Source: Auanema rhodensis (Eukaryota > Animalia > Nematoda). Taken from it: 64,000 nt of DNA. The notes beneath the pieces were generated by a model, which did no database searches, was not told the DNA's origin, and saw only the letters and a list, made by a program, of their open reading frames with translations. Numbering within the stretch: position 1 is the first letter of the stretch; every line of letters begins with the position of its first letter. The translations under genes and the position numbers were made by a program. Below, piece after piece: positions 50,801 to 64,000 of the stretch. The stretch is taken from the NCBI GenBank assembly GCA_964057225.1, contig OZ059899.1, positions 17,298,001 through 17,362,000 of the forward strand, written 5' to 3'.

Positions 50801-53800
50801 TCGTCTTCGCCTTGAAAAAAGGAATCTAAAAACATCTACTTTTTGTGAAATTATTTTGAAATTTTTAGGGAAAATTTTTGTCAAAATGTTTTTGGAAGCA
50901 ATGTTGAGTGTACATGGAAACTCAACATACACTAATACATCATTTTTTAAACGATCATAACTAATTTTTGTATTGAGGGTTTCTCAATGTAGTATAGTGC
51001 ATTCGATGCGGATTTTTAAGCTGCGTCGATCTGTGTTATCAGATTTGCGCTATCTTTAAAATGCACCGAGATATCAACTGATATAAGTTCACACTTATAT
51101 CCTCGATTTTCACCCTGAAAAATTGATTTTTTCGTTGAATAACATTGTCCATCGTCTTTGCCTTGAAAAAAGGAATCTAAAAACATCTACTTTTTGTAAA
51201 ATTATTTTGAAATTTTTAGGGAAAATTTTTGTCAAAATGTTTTTGGAAGCAATGTTGAGTGTACATGGAAACTCAACATACACTAATACATCATTTTTTA
51301 AACGATCATAACTAATTTTTGTATTAAGCGTTTCTCAATGTAGTATAGTGCATTCGATGCGGATTTTTAAGCTGCGTCGATCTGTGTTATCAGATTTGCG
51401 CTAGCTTAAAAATGCACCGAGATATCAACTGATATAAGTTCACACTTATATCCTCGATTTTCACCCTGAAAAATTGATTTTTTCGTTGAATAACATTGTC
51501 CATCGTCTTTGCCTTGAAAAAAGGAATCTAAAAACATCTACTTTTTGTGAAATTATTTTGAAATTTTCAGAGAAAATTTTTGTCAAAATGTTTTTGGAAG
51601 CAATGTTGAGTGTACATGGAAACTCAACATACACTAATGCATCATTTTTCAAACGATCATAACTAATTTTTGTATTGAGCGTTTCTCAATGTAGTATAGT
51701 GCATTCGATGCGGATTTTTAAGCTGCGTCGATCTATGTTATCAGATTTGCGCTATCTTTAAAATGCACCGAGATATCAACTGTTATAAGTTCACACTTAT
51801 ATCCTCGATTTTCACCCTGAAGAATTAATTTTTTTGTTGAATAACATTGTCCATCGTCTTCGCCTTGAAAAAAGGAATCTAAAAACATCTACTTTTTGTG
51901 AAATTATTTTGAAATTTTTAGGGAAAATTTTTGTCAAAATGTTTTTGGAAGCAATGTTGAGTGTACATGGAAACTCAACATACACTAATACATCATTTTT
52001 TAAACGATCATAACTAATTTTTGTATTGAGGGTTTCTCAATGTAGTATAGTGCATTCGATGCGGATTTTTAAGCTGCGTCGATCTGTGTTATCAGATTTG
52101 CGCTATCTTTAAAATGCACCGAGATATCAACTGATATAAGTTCACACTTATATCCTCGATTTTCACCCTGAAAAATTGATTTTTTCGTTGAATAACATTG
52201 TCCATCGTCTTTGCCTTGAAAAAAGGAATCTAAAAACATCTACTTTTTGTAAAATTATTTTGAAATTTTTAGGGAAAATTTTTGTCAAAATGTTTTTGGA
52301 AGCAATGTTGAGTGTACATGGAAACTCAACATACACTAATACATCATTTTTTAAACGATCATAACTAATTTTTGTATTAAGCGTTTCTCAATGTAGTATA
52401 GTGCATTCGATGCGGATTTTTAAGCTGCGTCGATCTGTGTTATCAGATTTGCGCTAGCTTAAAAATGCACCGAGATATCAACTGATATAAGTTCACACTT
52501 ATATCCTCGATTTTCACCCTGAAAAATTGATTTTTTCGTTGAATAACATTGTCCATCGTCTTTGCCTTGAAAAAAGGAATCTAAAAACATCTACTTTTTG
52601 TGAAATTATTTTGAAATTTTCAGAGAAAATTTTTGTCAAAATGTTTTTGGAAGCAATGTTGAGTGTACATGGAAACTCAACATACACTAATGCATCATTT
52701 TTCAAACGATCATAACTAATTTTTGTATTAAGCGTTTCTCAATGTAGTATAGTGCATTCGATGCGGATTTTTAAGCTGCGTCGATCTGTGTTATCAGATT
52801 TGCGCTAGCTTAAAAATGCACCGAGATATCAACTGATATAAGTTTACACTTATATCCTCGATTTTCACCCTGGAGAATTAATTTTTTCGTTGAATAACAA
52901 TGTCCATCGTCTTCGCCTTAAAAAAAAAATCTGAAAACATCTACTTTTTGTGAAATTATTTTGAAATTTTTAGGGAAAATTTTTGTCAAAATGTTTTTGG
53001 AAGCAATGTTGAGTGTACATGGAAACTCAACATACACTAATGCATCATTTTTCAAACGATCATAACTAATTTTGTATTGAGCGTTTCTCAATGTAGTATA
53101 GTGCATTCGATGGGGATTTTTAAGCTGCGTCGATCTATGTTATCAGATTTGCGCTATCTTTAAAATGCACCGAGATATCAACTGTTATAAGTTCACACTT
53201 ATATCCTCGATTTTCACCCTGAAGAATTAATTTTTTTGTTGAATAAGATTGTCCATCGTCTTTGCCTTGAAAAAAGAAATCTAAAAACATCTACTTTTTG
53301 TAAAATTATTTTGAAATTTTTAGGGAAAATTTTTGTCAAAATGTTTTTGGAAGCAATGTTGAGTGTACATGGAAACTCAACATACACTAATGCATCATTT
53401 TTCAAACGATCATAACTAATTTTCGTATAAAGCGTTTCTCAATGTAGTATAGTGCATTCGATGCGGATTTTTAAGCTGCGTCGATCTGTGTTATCAGATT
53501 TGCGCTAGCTTAAAAATGCACCGAGATATCAACTGAAATAAGTTAACACATATATCCTCGATTTTCACCCTGAAGAATTAATTTTTTTGTTGAATAACAT
53601 TGTCCATCGTCTTCGCCTTGAAAAAAGAAATCTAAAAACATCTACTTTTTGTGAAATTATTTTGAAATTTTTAGGGAAAATTTTTGTCAAAATGTTTTTG
53701 GAAGCAATGTTGAGTGTACAGGGAAACTCAACATACACTAATACATCATTTTTTAAACGATCATAACTAATTTTTGTATTGAGGGTTTCTCAATGTAGTA

Positions 53801-56800
53801 TAGTGCATTCGATGCGGATTTTTAAGCTGCGTCGATCTGTGTTATCAGATTTGCGCTATCTTTAAAATGCACCGAGATATCAACTGATATAAGTTCACAC
53901 TTATATCCTCGATTTTCACCCTGAAAAATTGATTTTTTCGTTGAATAACATTGTCCATCGTCTTTGCCTTAAAAAAAGGAATCTAAAAACATCTACTTTT
54001 TGTAAAATTATTTTGAAATTTTTAGGGAAAATTTTTGTCAAAATGTTTTTGGAAGCAATGTTGAGTGTACATGGAAACTCAACATACACTAATACATCAT
54101 TTTTTAAACGATCATAACTAATTTTTGTATTAAGCGTTTCTCAATGTAGTATAGTGCATTCGATGCGGATTTTTAAGCTGCGTCGATCTGTGTTATCAGA
54201 TTTGCGCTAGCTTAAAAATGCACCGAGATATCAACTGATATAAGTTCACACTTATATCCTCGATTTTCACCCTGAAAAATTGATTTTTTCGTTGAATAAC
54301 ATTGTCCATCGTCTTTGCCTTGAAAAAAGGAATCTAAAAACATCTACTTTTTGTGAAATTATTTTGAAATTTTCAGAGAAAATTTTTGTCAAAATGTTTT
54401 TGGAAGCAATGTTGAGTGTACATGCAAACTCAACATACACTAATGCATCATTTTTCAAACGATCATAACTAATTTTTGTATTAAGCGTTTCTCAATGTAG
54501 TATAGTGCATTCGATGCGGATTTTTAAGCTGCGTCGATCTATGTTATCAGATTTGCGCTAGCTTAAAAATGCACCGAGATATCAACTGATATAAGTTCAC
54601 ACTTATATCCTCGATTTTCACCCTGAAAAATTGATTTTTTCGTTGAATAACATTGTCCATCGTCTTTGCCTTGAAAAAAGGAATCTAAAAACATCTACTT
54701 TTTGTGAAATTATTTTGAAATTTTTCGGGAAAATTTTTGTCAAAATGTTTTTGGAAGCAATGTTGAGTGTACATGGAAACTCAACATACACTAATGCATC
54801 ATTTTTCAAACGATCATAACTAATTTTTGTATTGAGCGTTTCTCAATGTAGTATAGTGCATTCGATGCGGATTTTTAAGCTGCGTCGATCTATGTTATCA
54901 GATTTGCGCTATCTTTAAAATGCACCGAGATATCAACTGTTATAAGTTCACACTTATATCCTCGATTTTCACCCTGAAGAATTAATTTTTTTGTTGAATA
55001 ACATTGTCCATCGTCTTTGCCTTGAAAAAAGAAATCTAAAAACATCTACTTTTTGTAAAATTATTTTGAAATTTTTAGGGAAAATTTTTGTCAAAATGTT
55101 TTTGGAAGCAATGTTGAGTGTACATGGAAACTCAACATACACTAATGCATCATTTTTCAAACGATCATAACTAATTTTCGTATAAAGCGTTTCTCAATGT
55201 AGTATAGTGCATTCGATGCGGATTTTTAAGCTGCGTCGATCTGTGTTATCAGATTTGCGCTAGCTTAAAAATGCACCGAGATATCAACTGAAATAAGTTA
55301 ACACATATATCCTCGATTTTCACCCTGAAGAATTAATTTTTTTGTTGAATAACATTGTCCATCGTCTTCGCCTTGAAAAAAGAAATCTAAAAACATCTAC
55401 TTTTTGTGAAATTATTTTGAAATTTTTAGGGAAAATTTTTGTCAAAATGTTTTTGGAAGCAATGTTGAGTGTACATGGAAACTCAACATACACTAATACA
55501 TCATTTTTTAAACGATCATAACTAATTTTTGTATTGAGGGTTTCTCAATGTAGTATAGTGCATTCGATGCGGATTTTTAAGCTGCGTCGATCTGTGTTAT
55601 CAGATTTGCGCTATCTTTAAAATGCACCGAGATATCAACTGATATAAGTTCACACTTATATCCTCGATTTTCACCCTGAAAAATTGATTTTTTCGTTGAA
55701 TAACATTGTCCATCGTCTTTGCCTTAAAAAAAGGAATCTAAAAACATCTACTTTTTGTAAAATTATTTTGAAATTTTTAGGGAAAATTTTTGTCAAAATG
55801 TTTTTGGAAGCAATGTTGAGTGTACATGGAAACTCAACATACACTAATACATCATTTTTTAAACGATCATAACTAATTTTTGTATTAAGCGTTTCTCAAT
55901 GTAGTATAGTGCATTCGATGCGGATTTTTAAGCTGCGTCGATCTGTGTTATCAGATTTGCGCTAGCTTAAAAATGCACCGAGATATCAACTGATATAAGT
56001 TCACACTTATATCCTCGATTTTCACCCTGAAAAATTGATTTTTTCGTTGAATAACATTGTCCATCGTCTTTGCCTTGAAAAAAGGAATCTAAAAACATCT
56101 ACTTTTTGTGAAATTATTTTGAAATTTTCAGAGAAAATTTTTGTCAAAATGTTTTTGGAAGCAATGTTGAGTGTACATGGAAACTCAACATACACTAATG
56201 CATCATTTTTCAAACGATCATAACTAATTTTTGTATTAAGCGTTTCTCAATGTAGTATAGTGCATTCGATGCGGATTTTTAAGCTGCGTCGATCTGTGTT
56301 ATCAGATTTGTGCTATCTTAAAAATGCACCGAGATATCAACTGATATAAGTTTACACTTATATCCTCGATTTTCACCCTGGAGAATTAATTTTTTCGTTG
56401 AATAACAATGTCCATCGTCTTTGCCTTGAAAAAAGAAATCTGAAAACATCTACTTTTTGTGAAATTATTTTGAAATTTTTAGGGAAAATTTTTGTCAAAA
56501 TGTTTTTGGAAGCAATGTTGAGTGTACATGGAAACTCAACATACACTAATGCATCATTTTTCAAACGATCATAACTAATTTTGTATTGAGCGTTTCTCAA
56601 TGTAGTATAGTGCATTCGATGGGGATTTTTAAGCTGCGTCGATCTATGTTATCAGATTTGCGCTATCTTTAAAATGCACCGAGATATCAACTGTTATAAG
56701 TTCACACTTATATCCTCGATTTTCACCCTGAAGAATTAATTTTTTTGTTGAATAACATTGTCCATCGTCTTCGCCTTGAAAAAAGAAATCTAAAAACATC

Positions 56801-57300
56801 TACTTTTTGTGAAATTATTTTGAAATTTTTCGGGAAAATTTTTGTCAAAATGTTTTTGGAAGCAATGTTGAGTGTACATGGAAACTCAACATACACTAAT
56901 GCATCATTTTTCAAACGATCATAACTAATTTTTGTATTGAGCGTTTCTCAATGTAGTATAGTGCATTCGATGCGGATTTTTAAGCTGCGTCGATCTATGT
57001 TATCAGATTTGCGCTATTTTTAAAATGCACCGAGATATCAACTGTTATAAGTTCACACTTATATCCTCGATTTTCACCCTGAAGAATTAATTTTTTTGTT
57101 GAATAACATTGTCCATCGTCTTTGCCTTGAAAAAAGAAATCTAAAAACATCTACTTTTTGTAAAATTATTTTGAAATTTTTAGGGAAAATTTTTGTCAAA
57201 ATGTTTTTGGAAGCAATGTTGAGTGTACATGGAAACTCAACATACACTAATACATCATTTTCTAAACGATCATAACTAATTTTTGTATTGAGGGTTTCTC
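47800..57300 (-). repeat. Right-arm domain with ~10-mer periodicity and nested 3-mer and 5-mer repeats
   Basis: A 1-bp deletion (CTAATTTTGTATTG) linked to GATGGGGAT occurs at ~49560, ~53070 and ~56580 (spacings 3508 and 3509). The TTCAGAGAAA monomer occurs at 50408/51461/52514 (spacing 1053) and 54267/56022 (spacing 1755). Confidence 0.85.
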
Positions 57301-60300
57301 AATGTAATATAGTGCATTCGATGCGGATTTTTAAGCTGCGTCGATCTGTGTTATCAGATTTGTGCTATCTTAAAAATGCACCGAGATATCAACTGATATA
57401 AGTTCACACTTATATCCTCGATTTTCACCCTGAAGAATTAATTTTTTTGTTGAATAACATTGTCCATCGTCTTTGCCTTGAAAAAAGAAATCTAAAAACA
57501 TCTACTTTTTGTAAAATTATTTTGAAATTTTTAGGGAAAATTTTTGTCAAAATGTTTTTGGAAGCAATGTTGAGTGTACATGGAAACTCAACATACACTA
57601 ATACATCATTTTCTAAACGATCATAACTAATTTTTGTATTGAGCGTTTCTCAATGTAGTATAGTGCATTCGATGCGGATTTTTAAGCTGCGTCGATCTAT
57701 GTTATCAGATTTGCGCTATCTTTAAAATGCACCGAGATATCAACTGTTATAAGTTCACACTTATATCCTCGATTTTCACCCTGAAGAATTAATTTTTTTG
57801 TTGAATAACATTGTCCATCGTCTTCGCCTTGAAAAAAGGAATCTAAAAACATCTACTTTTTGTGAAATTATTTTGAAATTTTTAGGGAAAATTTTTGTCA
57901 AAATGTTTTTGGAAGCAATGTTGAGTGTACATGGAAACTCAACATACACTAATACATCATTTTTTAAACGATCATAACTAATTTTTGTATTGAGGGTTTC
58001 TCAATGTAGTATAGTGCATTCGATGCGGATTTTTAAGCTGCGTCGATCTGTGTTATCAGATTTGCGCTAGCTTAAAAAAGCACGGAGATATCAACTGATA
58101 TAAGTTCACACTTATATCCTCGATTTTCACCCTGAAGAATTAATTTTTTTGTTGAATAACATTGTCCATCGTCTTCGCCTTGAAAAAAGGAATCTAAAAA
58201 CATCTACTTTTTGTGAAATTATTTCGAAATTTTTAGGGAAAATTTCTGTCAAAATGTTTTTGGAAGCAATGTTGAGTGTACATGGAAACTCAACATACAC
58301 TAATACATCATTTTTTAAACGATCATAACTAATTTTTGTATTGAGGGTTTCTCAATGTAGTATAGTGCATTCGATGCGGATTTTTAAGCTGCGTCGATCT
58401 GTGTTATCAGATTTGCGCTAGCTTAAAAATGCACCGAGATATCAACTGATATAAGTTCACACTTATATCCTCGATTTTCACCCTGAAGAATTAATTTTTT
58501 TGTTGAATAACATTGTCCATCGTCTTCGCCTTGAAAAAAGGAATCTAAAAACATCTACTTTTTGTGAAATTATTTCGAAATTTTTAGGGAAAATTTCTGT
58601 CAAAATGTTTTTGGAAGCAATGTTGAGTGTACATGGAAACTCAACATACACTAATACATCATTTTTTAAACGATCATAACTAATTTTTGTATTGAGGGTT
58701 TCTCAATGTAGTATAGTGCATTCGATGCGGATTTTTAAGCTGCGTCGATCTGTGTTATCAGATTTGCGCTAGCTTAAAAAAGCACCGAGATATCAACTGA
58801 TATAAGTTCACACTTATATCCTCGATTTTCACCCTGAAGAATTAATTTTTTTGTTGAATAACATTGTCCATCGTCTTCGCCTTGAAAAAAGGAATCTAAA
58901 AACATCTACTTTTCGTGAAATTATTTCGAAATTTTTAGGTAAAATTTTTGTCAAAATGTTTTTGAAAGCAATGTTGAGTGTACATGGAAACTCAACATAC
59001 ACTAATGCATCATTTTTCAAACGATCATAACTAATTTTTGTATTGAGGGTTTCTCAATGTAGTATAGTGCATTCGATGCGGATTTTTAAGCTGCGTCGAT
59101 CTATGTTATCAGATTTGCGCTATCTTTAAAATGCACCGAGATATCAACTGTTATAAGTTCACACTTATATCCTCGATTTTCACCCTGAAGAATTAATTTT
59201 TTTGTTGAATAACATTGTCCATCGTCTTTGCCTTGAAAAAAGAAATCTAAAAACATCTACTTTTTGTAAAATTATTTTGAAATTTTTAGGGAAAATTTTT
59301 GTCAAAATGTTTTTGGAAGCAATGTTGAGTGTACATGGAAACTCAACATACACTAATGCATCATTTTTCAAACGATCATAACTAATTTTTGTATTGAGGG
59401 TTTCTCAATGTAGTATAGTGCATTCGATGCGGATTTTTAAGCTGCGTCGATCTGTGTTATCAGATTTGCGCTATCTTTAAAAATGCACCGAGATATCAAC
59501 TGAAATAAGTTAACACATATATCCTCGATTTTCACCCTGAAGAATTAATTTTTTTGTTGAATAACATTGTCCATCGTCTTCGCCTTGAAAAAAGAAATCT
59601 AAAAACATCTACTTTTTGTGAAATTATTTTGAAATTTTTAGGGAAAATTTTTGTCAAAATGTTTTTGGAAGCAATGTTGAGTGTACATGGAAACTCAACA
59701 TACACTAATGCATCATTTTCCAAACGATCATAACTAATTTTCGTATTAAGCGTTTCTCAATGTAGTATAGTGCATTCGATGCGGATTTTTAAGCTGCGTC
59801 GATCTGTGTTATCAGATTTGCGCTAGCTTAAAAATGCACCGAGATATCAACTGAAATAAGTTAACACATATATCCTCGATTTTCACCCTGAAGAATTAAT
59901 TTTTTTGTTGAATAACATTGTCCATCGTCTTCGCCTTAAAAAAAGGAATCTAAAAACATCTACTTTTTGTGAAATTATTTTGAAATTTTTAGGGAAAATT
60001 TTTGTCAAAATGTTTTTGAAAGCAATGTTGAGTGTACATGGAAACTCAACATACACTAATACATCATTTTTTAAACGATCATAACTAATTTTTGTATTGA
60101 GGGTTTCTCAATGTAGTATAGTGCATTCGATGCGGATTTTTAAGCTGCGTCGATCTGTGTTATCAGATTTGCGCTATCTTTAAAATGCACCGAGATATCA
60201 ACTGATATAAGTTCACACTTATATCCTCGATTTTCACCCTGAAGAATTAATTTTTTTGTTGAATAACCTTGTCCATCGTCTTCACCTTGAAAAAAGGAAT

Positions 60301-63300
60301 CTAAAAACATCTACTTTTTGTGAAATTATTTTGAAATTTTCAGAGAAAATTTTTGTCAAAATGTTTTTGGAAGCAATGTTGAGTGTACATGGAAACTCAA
60401 CATACACTAATGCATCATTTTTCAAACGATCATAACTAATTTTTGTATTAAGCGTTTCTCAATGTAGTATAGTGCATTCGATGCGGATTTTTAAGCTGCG
60501 TCGATCTGTGTTATCAGATTTGCGCTAGCTTAAAAATGCACCGAGATATCAACTGATATAAGTTTACACTTATATCCTCGATTTTCACCCTGGAGAATTA
60601 ATTTTTTTGTTGAATAACATTGTCCATCGTCTTCGCCTTGAAAAAAGGAATCTAAAAACATCTACTTTTTGTGAAATTATTTTGAAATTTTTAGGGAAAA
60701 TTTTTGTCAAAATGTTTTTGGAAGCAATGTTGAGTGTACATGGAAACTCAACATACACTAATACATCATTTTTCAAACGATCATAACTAATTTTCGTATT
60801 AAGCGTTTCTCAATGTAGTATAGTGCATTCGATGCGGATTTTTAAGCTGCGTCGATCTGTGTTATCAGATTTGCGCTAGCTTAAAAATGCACCGAGATAT
60901 CAACTGATATAAGTTCACACTTATATCCTCGATTTTCACCCTGAAGAATTAATTTTTTTGTTGAATAACATTGTCCATCGTCTTCACCTTGAAAAAAGGA
61001 ATCTAAAAACATCTACTTTTTGTGAAATTATTTCGAAATTTTTAGGGAAAATTTTTGTCAAAATGTTTTTGGAAGCAATGTTGAGTGTACATGGAAACTC
61101 AACATACACTAATACATCATTTTTTAAACGATCATAACTAATTTTTGTATTGAGGGTTTCTCAATGTAGTATAGTGCATTCGATGCGGATTTTTAAGCTG
61201 CGTCGATCTGTGTTATCAGATTTGCGCTAGCTTAAAAAAGCACCGAGATATCAACTGATATAAGTTCACACTTATATCCTCGATTTTCACCCTGAAGAAT
61301 TAATTTTTTTGTTGAATAACATTGTCCATCGTCTTCGCCTTGAAAAAAGGAATCTAAAAACATCTACTTTTCGTGAAATTATTTCGAAATTTTTAGGTAA
61401 AATTTTTGTCAAAATGTTTTTGAAAGCAATGTTGAGTGTACATGGAAACTCAACATACACTAATGCATCATTTTTCAAACGATCATGACTAATTTTTGTA
61501 TTGAGGGTTTCTCAATGTAGTATAGTGCATTCGATGCGGATTTTTAAGCTGCGTCGATCTGTGTTATCAGATTTGCGCTAGCTTAAAAATGCACCGAGAT
61601 ATCAACTGATATAAGTTCACACTTATATCCTCGATTTTCACCCTGAAGAATTAATGTTTTTGTTGAATAACATTGTCCATCGTCTTCACCTTGAAAAAAG
61701 GAATCTAAAAACATCTACTTTTTGTGAAATTATTTTGAAATTTTTAGGGAAAATTTTTGTCAAAAAGTTTTTGGAAGCAATGTTGAGTGTACATGGAAAC
61801 TCAACATACACTAATGCATCATTTTTCAAACGATCATAACTAATTTTCGTATTAAGCGTTTCTCAATGTAGTATAGTGCATTCGATGCGGATTTTTAAGC
61901 TGCGTCGATCTGTGTTATCAGATTTGCGCTAGCTTAAAAATGCACCGAGATATCAACTGAAATAAGTTAACACATATATCCTCGATTTTCACCCTGAAGA
62001 ATTAATTTTTTTGTTGAATAACATTGTCCATCGTCTTCGCCTTAAAAAAAGGAATCTAAAAACATCTACTTTTTGTGAAATTATTTTGAAATTTTTAGGG
62101 AAAATTTTTGTCAAAATGTTTTTGGAAGCAATGTTGAGTGTACATGGAAACTCAACATACACTAATACATCATTTTTTAAACGATCATAACTAATTTTTG
62201 TATTGAGGGTTTCTCAATGTAGTATAGTGCATTCGATGCGGATTTTTAAGCTGCGTCGATCTGTGTTATCAGATTTGCGCTATCTTTAAAAATGCACCGA
62301 GATATCAACTGATATAAGTTCACACTTATATCCTCGATTTTCACCCTGAAGAATTACTTTTTTTGTTGAATAACATTGTCCATCGTCTTCGCCTTGAAAA
62401 AAGGAATCTAAAAACATCTACTTTTTGTGAAATTATTTTGAAATTTTTAGGGAAAATTTTTGTCAAAAAGTTTTTGGAAGCAATGTTGAGTGTACATGGA
62501 AACTCAACATACACTAATGCATCATTTTTCAAACGATCATAACTAATTTTCGTATTAAGCGTTTCTCAATGTAGTATAGTGCATTCGATGCGGATTTTTA
62601 AGCTGCGTCGATCTGTGTTATCAGATTTGCGCTAGCTTAAAAATGCACCGAGATATCAACTGAAATAAGTTAACACATATATCCTCGATTTTCACCCTGA
62701 AGAATTAATTTTTTTGTTGAATAACATTGTCCATCGTCTTCGCCTTAAAAAAAGGAATCTAAAAACATCTACTTTTTGTGAAATTATTTTGAAATTTTCA
62801 GAGAAAATTTTTGTCAAAATGTTTTTGGAAGCAATGTTGAGTGTACATGGAAACTCAACATACACTAATGCATCATTTTTCAAACGATCATAACTAATTT
62901 TTGTATTAAGCGTTTCTCAATGTAGTATAGTGCATTCGATGCGGATTTTTAAGCTGCGTCGATCTGTGTTATCAGATTTGCGCTAGCTTAAAAATGCACC
63001 GAGATATCAACTGATATAAGTTTACACTTATATCCTCGATTTTCACCCTGGAGAATTAATTTTTTTGTTGAATAACATTGTCCATCGTCTTCGCCTTGAA
63101 AAAAGGAATCTAAAAACATCTACTTTTTGTGAAATTATTTTGAAATTTTTAGGGAAAATTTTTGTCAAAATGTTTTTGGAAGCAATGTTGAGTGTACATG
63201 GAAACTCAACATACACTAATACATCATTTTTTAAACGATCATAACTAATTTTTGTATTGAGGGTTTCTCAATGTAGTATAGTGCATTCGATGCGGATTTT

Positions 63301-64000
63301 TAAGCTGCGTCGATCTGTGTTATCAGATTTGCGCTATCTTTAAAATGCACCGAGATATCAACTGATATAAGTTCACACTTATATCCTCGATTTTCACCCT
63401 GAAAAATTGATTTTTTCGTTGAATAACATTGTCCATCGTCTTTGCCTTGAAAAAAGGAATCTAAAAACATCTACTTTTTGTAAAATTATTTTGAAATTTT
63501 TAGGTAAAATTTTTGTCAAAATGTTTTTGAAAGCAATGTTGAGTGTACATGGAAACTCAACATACACTAATGCATCATTTTTCAAACGATCATGACTAAT
63601 TTTTGTATTGAGCGTTTCTCAATGTAGTATAGTGCCTTCGATGCGGATTTTTAAGCTGCGTCGATTTGTGTTATCAGATTTGCGCTATCTTTAAAATGCA
63701 CCGAGATATCAACTGATATAAGTTCACACTTATATCCTCGATTTTCACCCTGAAGAATTAATTTTTTTGTTGAATAACCTTGTCCATCGTCTTCACCTTC
63801 AAAAAGGAATCTAAAAACATCTACTTTTTGTAAAATTATTCTGAAATTTTTAGGGAAAATTTTTGTCAAAATGTTTTTGGAAGCAATGTTGAGTGTACAT
63901 GGAAACTCAACATACACTAATGCATCATTTTTCAAACGATCATAACTAATTTTTGTATCAAGCGTTTCTCAATGTAGTATAGTGCATTCGAATCGGATTT

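Larger units (their letters stand above)
34546..64000 (-). repeat. Satellite DNA array, right arm: ~84 copies of the same 351-bp family in inverted orientation, distinct subfamily (runs off the right edge)
   Basis: From 34546 the sequence is the reverse complement of the monomer (AGATTTGCGC..., ATGTTGAGTGTACATGGAAACTCAACAT). ORFs switch to the - strand with the same 351 period. Diagnostic alleles in monomer sense: TTTTCCCT vs left TTTTTCG/TTTTCCG, TTCACA/TTTACA vs TTCGCA, TCTTCAGG vs TCTGCAGG. Confidence 0.99.

Noticed and set aside
99-63935. Repeated 63-aa ORF (MKNDALVYVEFPCTLNIASK...) and its 62-aa antisense ORF as a tandem gene family
   Set aside because: TTG start, no recognisable domain, composition dictated by A/T runs, variants largely amino-acid changing, and many copies have stops or lost starts. 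These are chance frames in the satellite.
1-64000. CRISPR array or integron cassette array
   Set aside because: There are no unique spacers or cassettes; the entire 351 bp is repeated.

Overview
The whole 64 kb is one AT-rich satellite DNA family with a 351-bp monomer (110/351 = 31% G+C in the first copy, about 182 copies). I find no credible genes, RNA genes or autonomous transposons; every ORF in the track is the same chance reading frame repeated once per monomer. The array has two arms of opposite orientation: about 98.4 monomers on the + strand (1-34541) and about 84 on the - strand (34546-64000). They meet at one sharp junction with a 4-nt filler (CTAC), giving a ~59 kb imperfect inverted repeat around a ~140-nt asymmetric centre. 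The arms are distinct subfamilies (about 5% different next to the junction by hand count), so this is not a recent fold-back or read chimera. Each arm has its own local higher-order repeats (2- to 17-mers). The monomer is packed with dyad symmetries, including a ~26-bp-stem hairpin that lets the unit be re-read as a CAG...CTG element bounded by terminal inverted repeats (TIRs). Both inversion breakpoints fall in these dyads, one at the putative TIR end. The picture fits eukaryotic (peri)centromeric or heterochromatic satellite from a genome without strong CpG depletion. I cannot name the species or family. 'Monomer position' below uses the numbering of window bases 1-351. All counts are manual.
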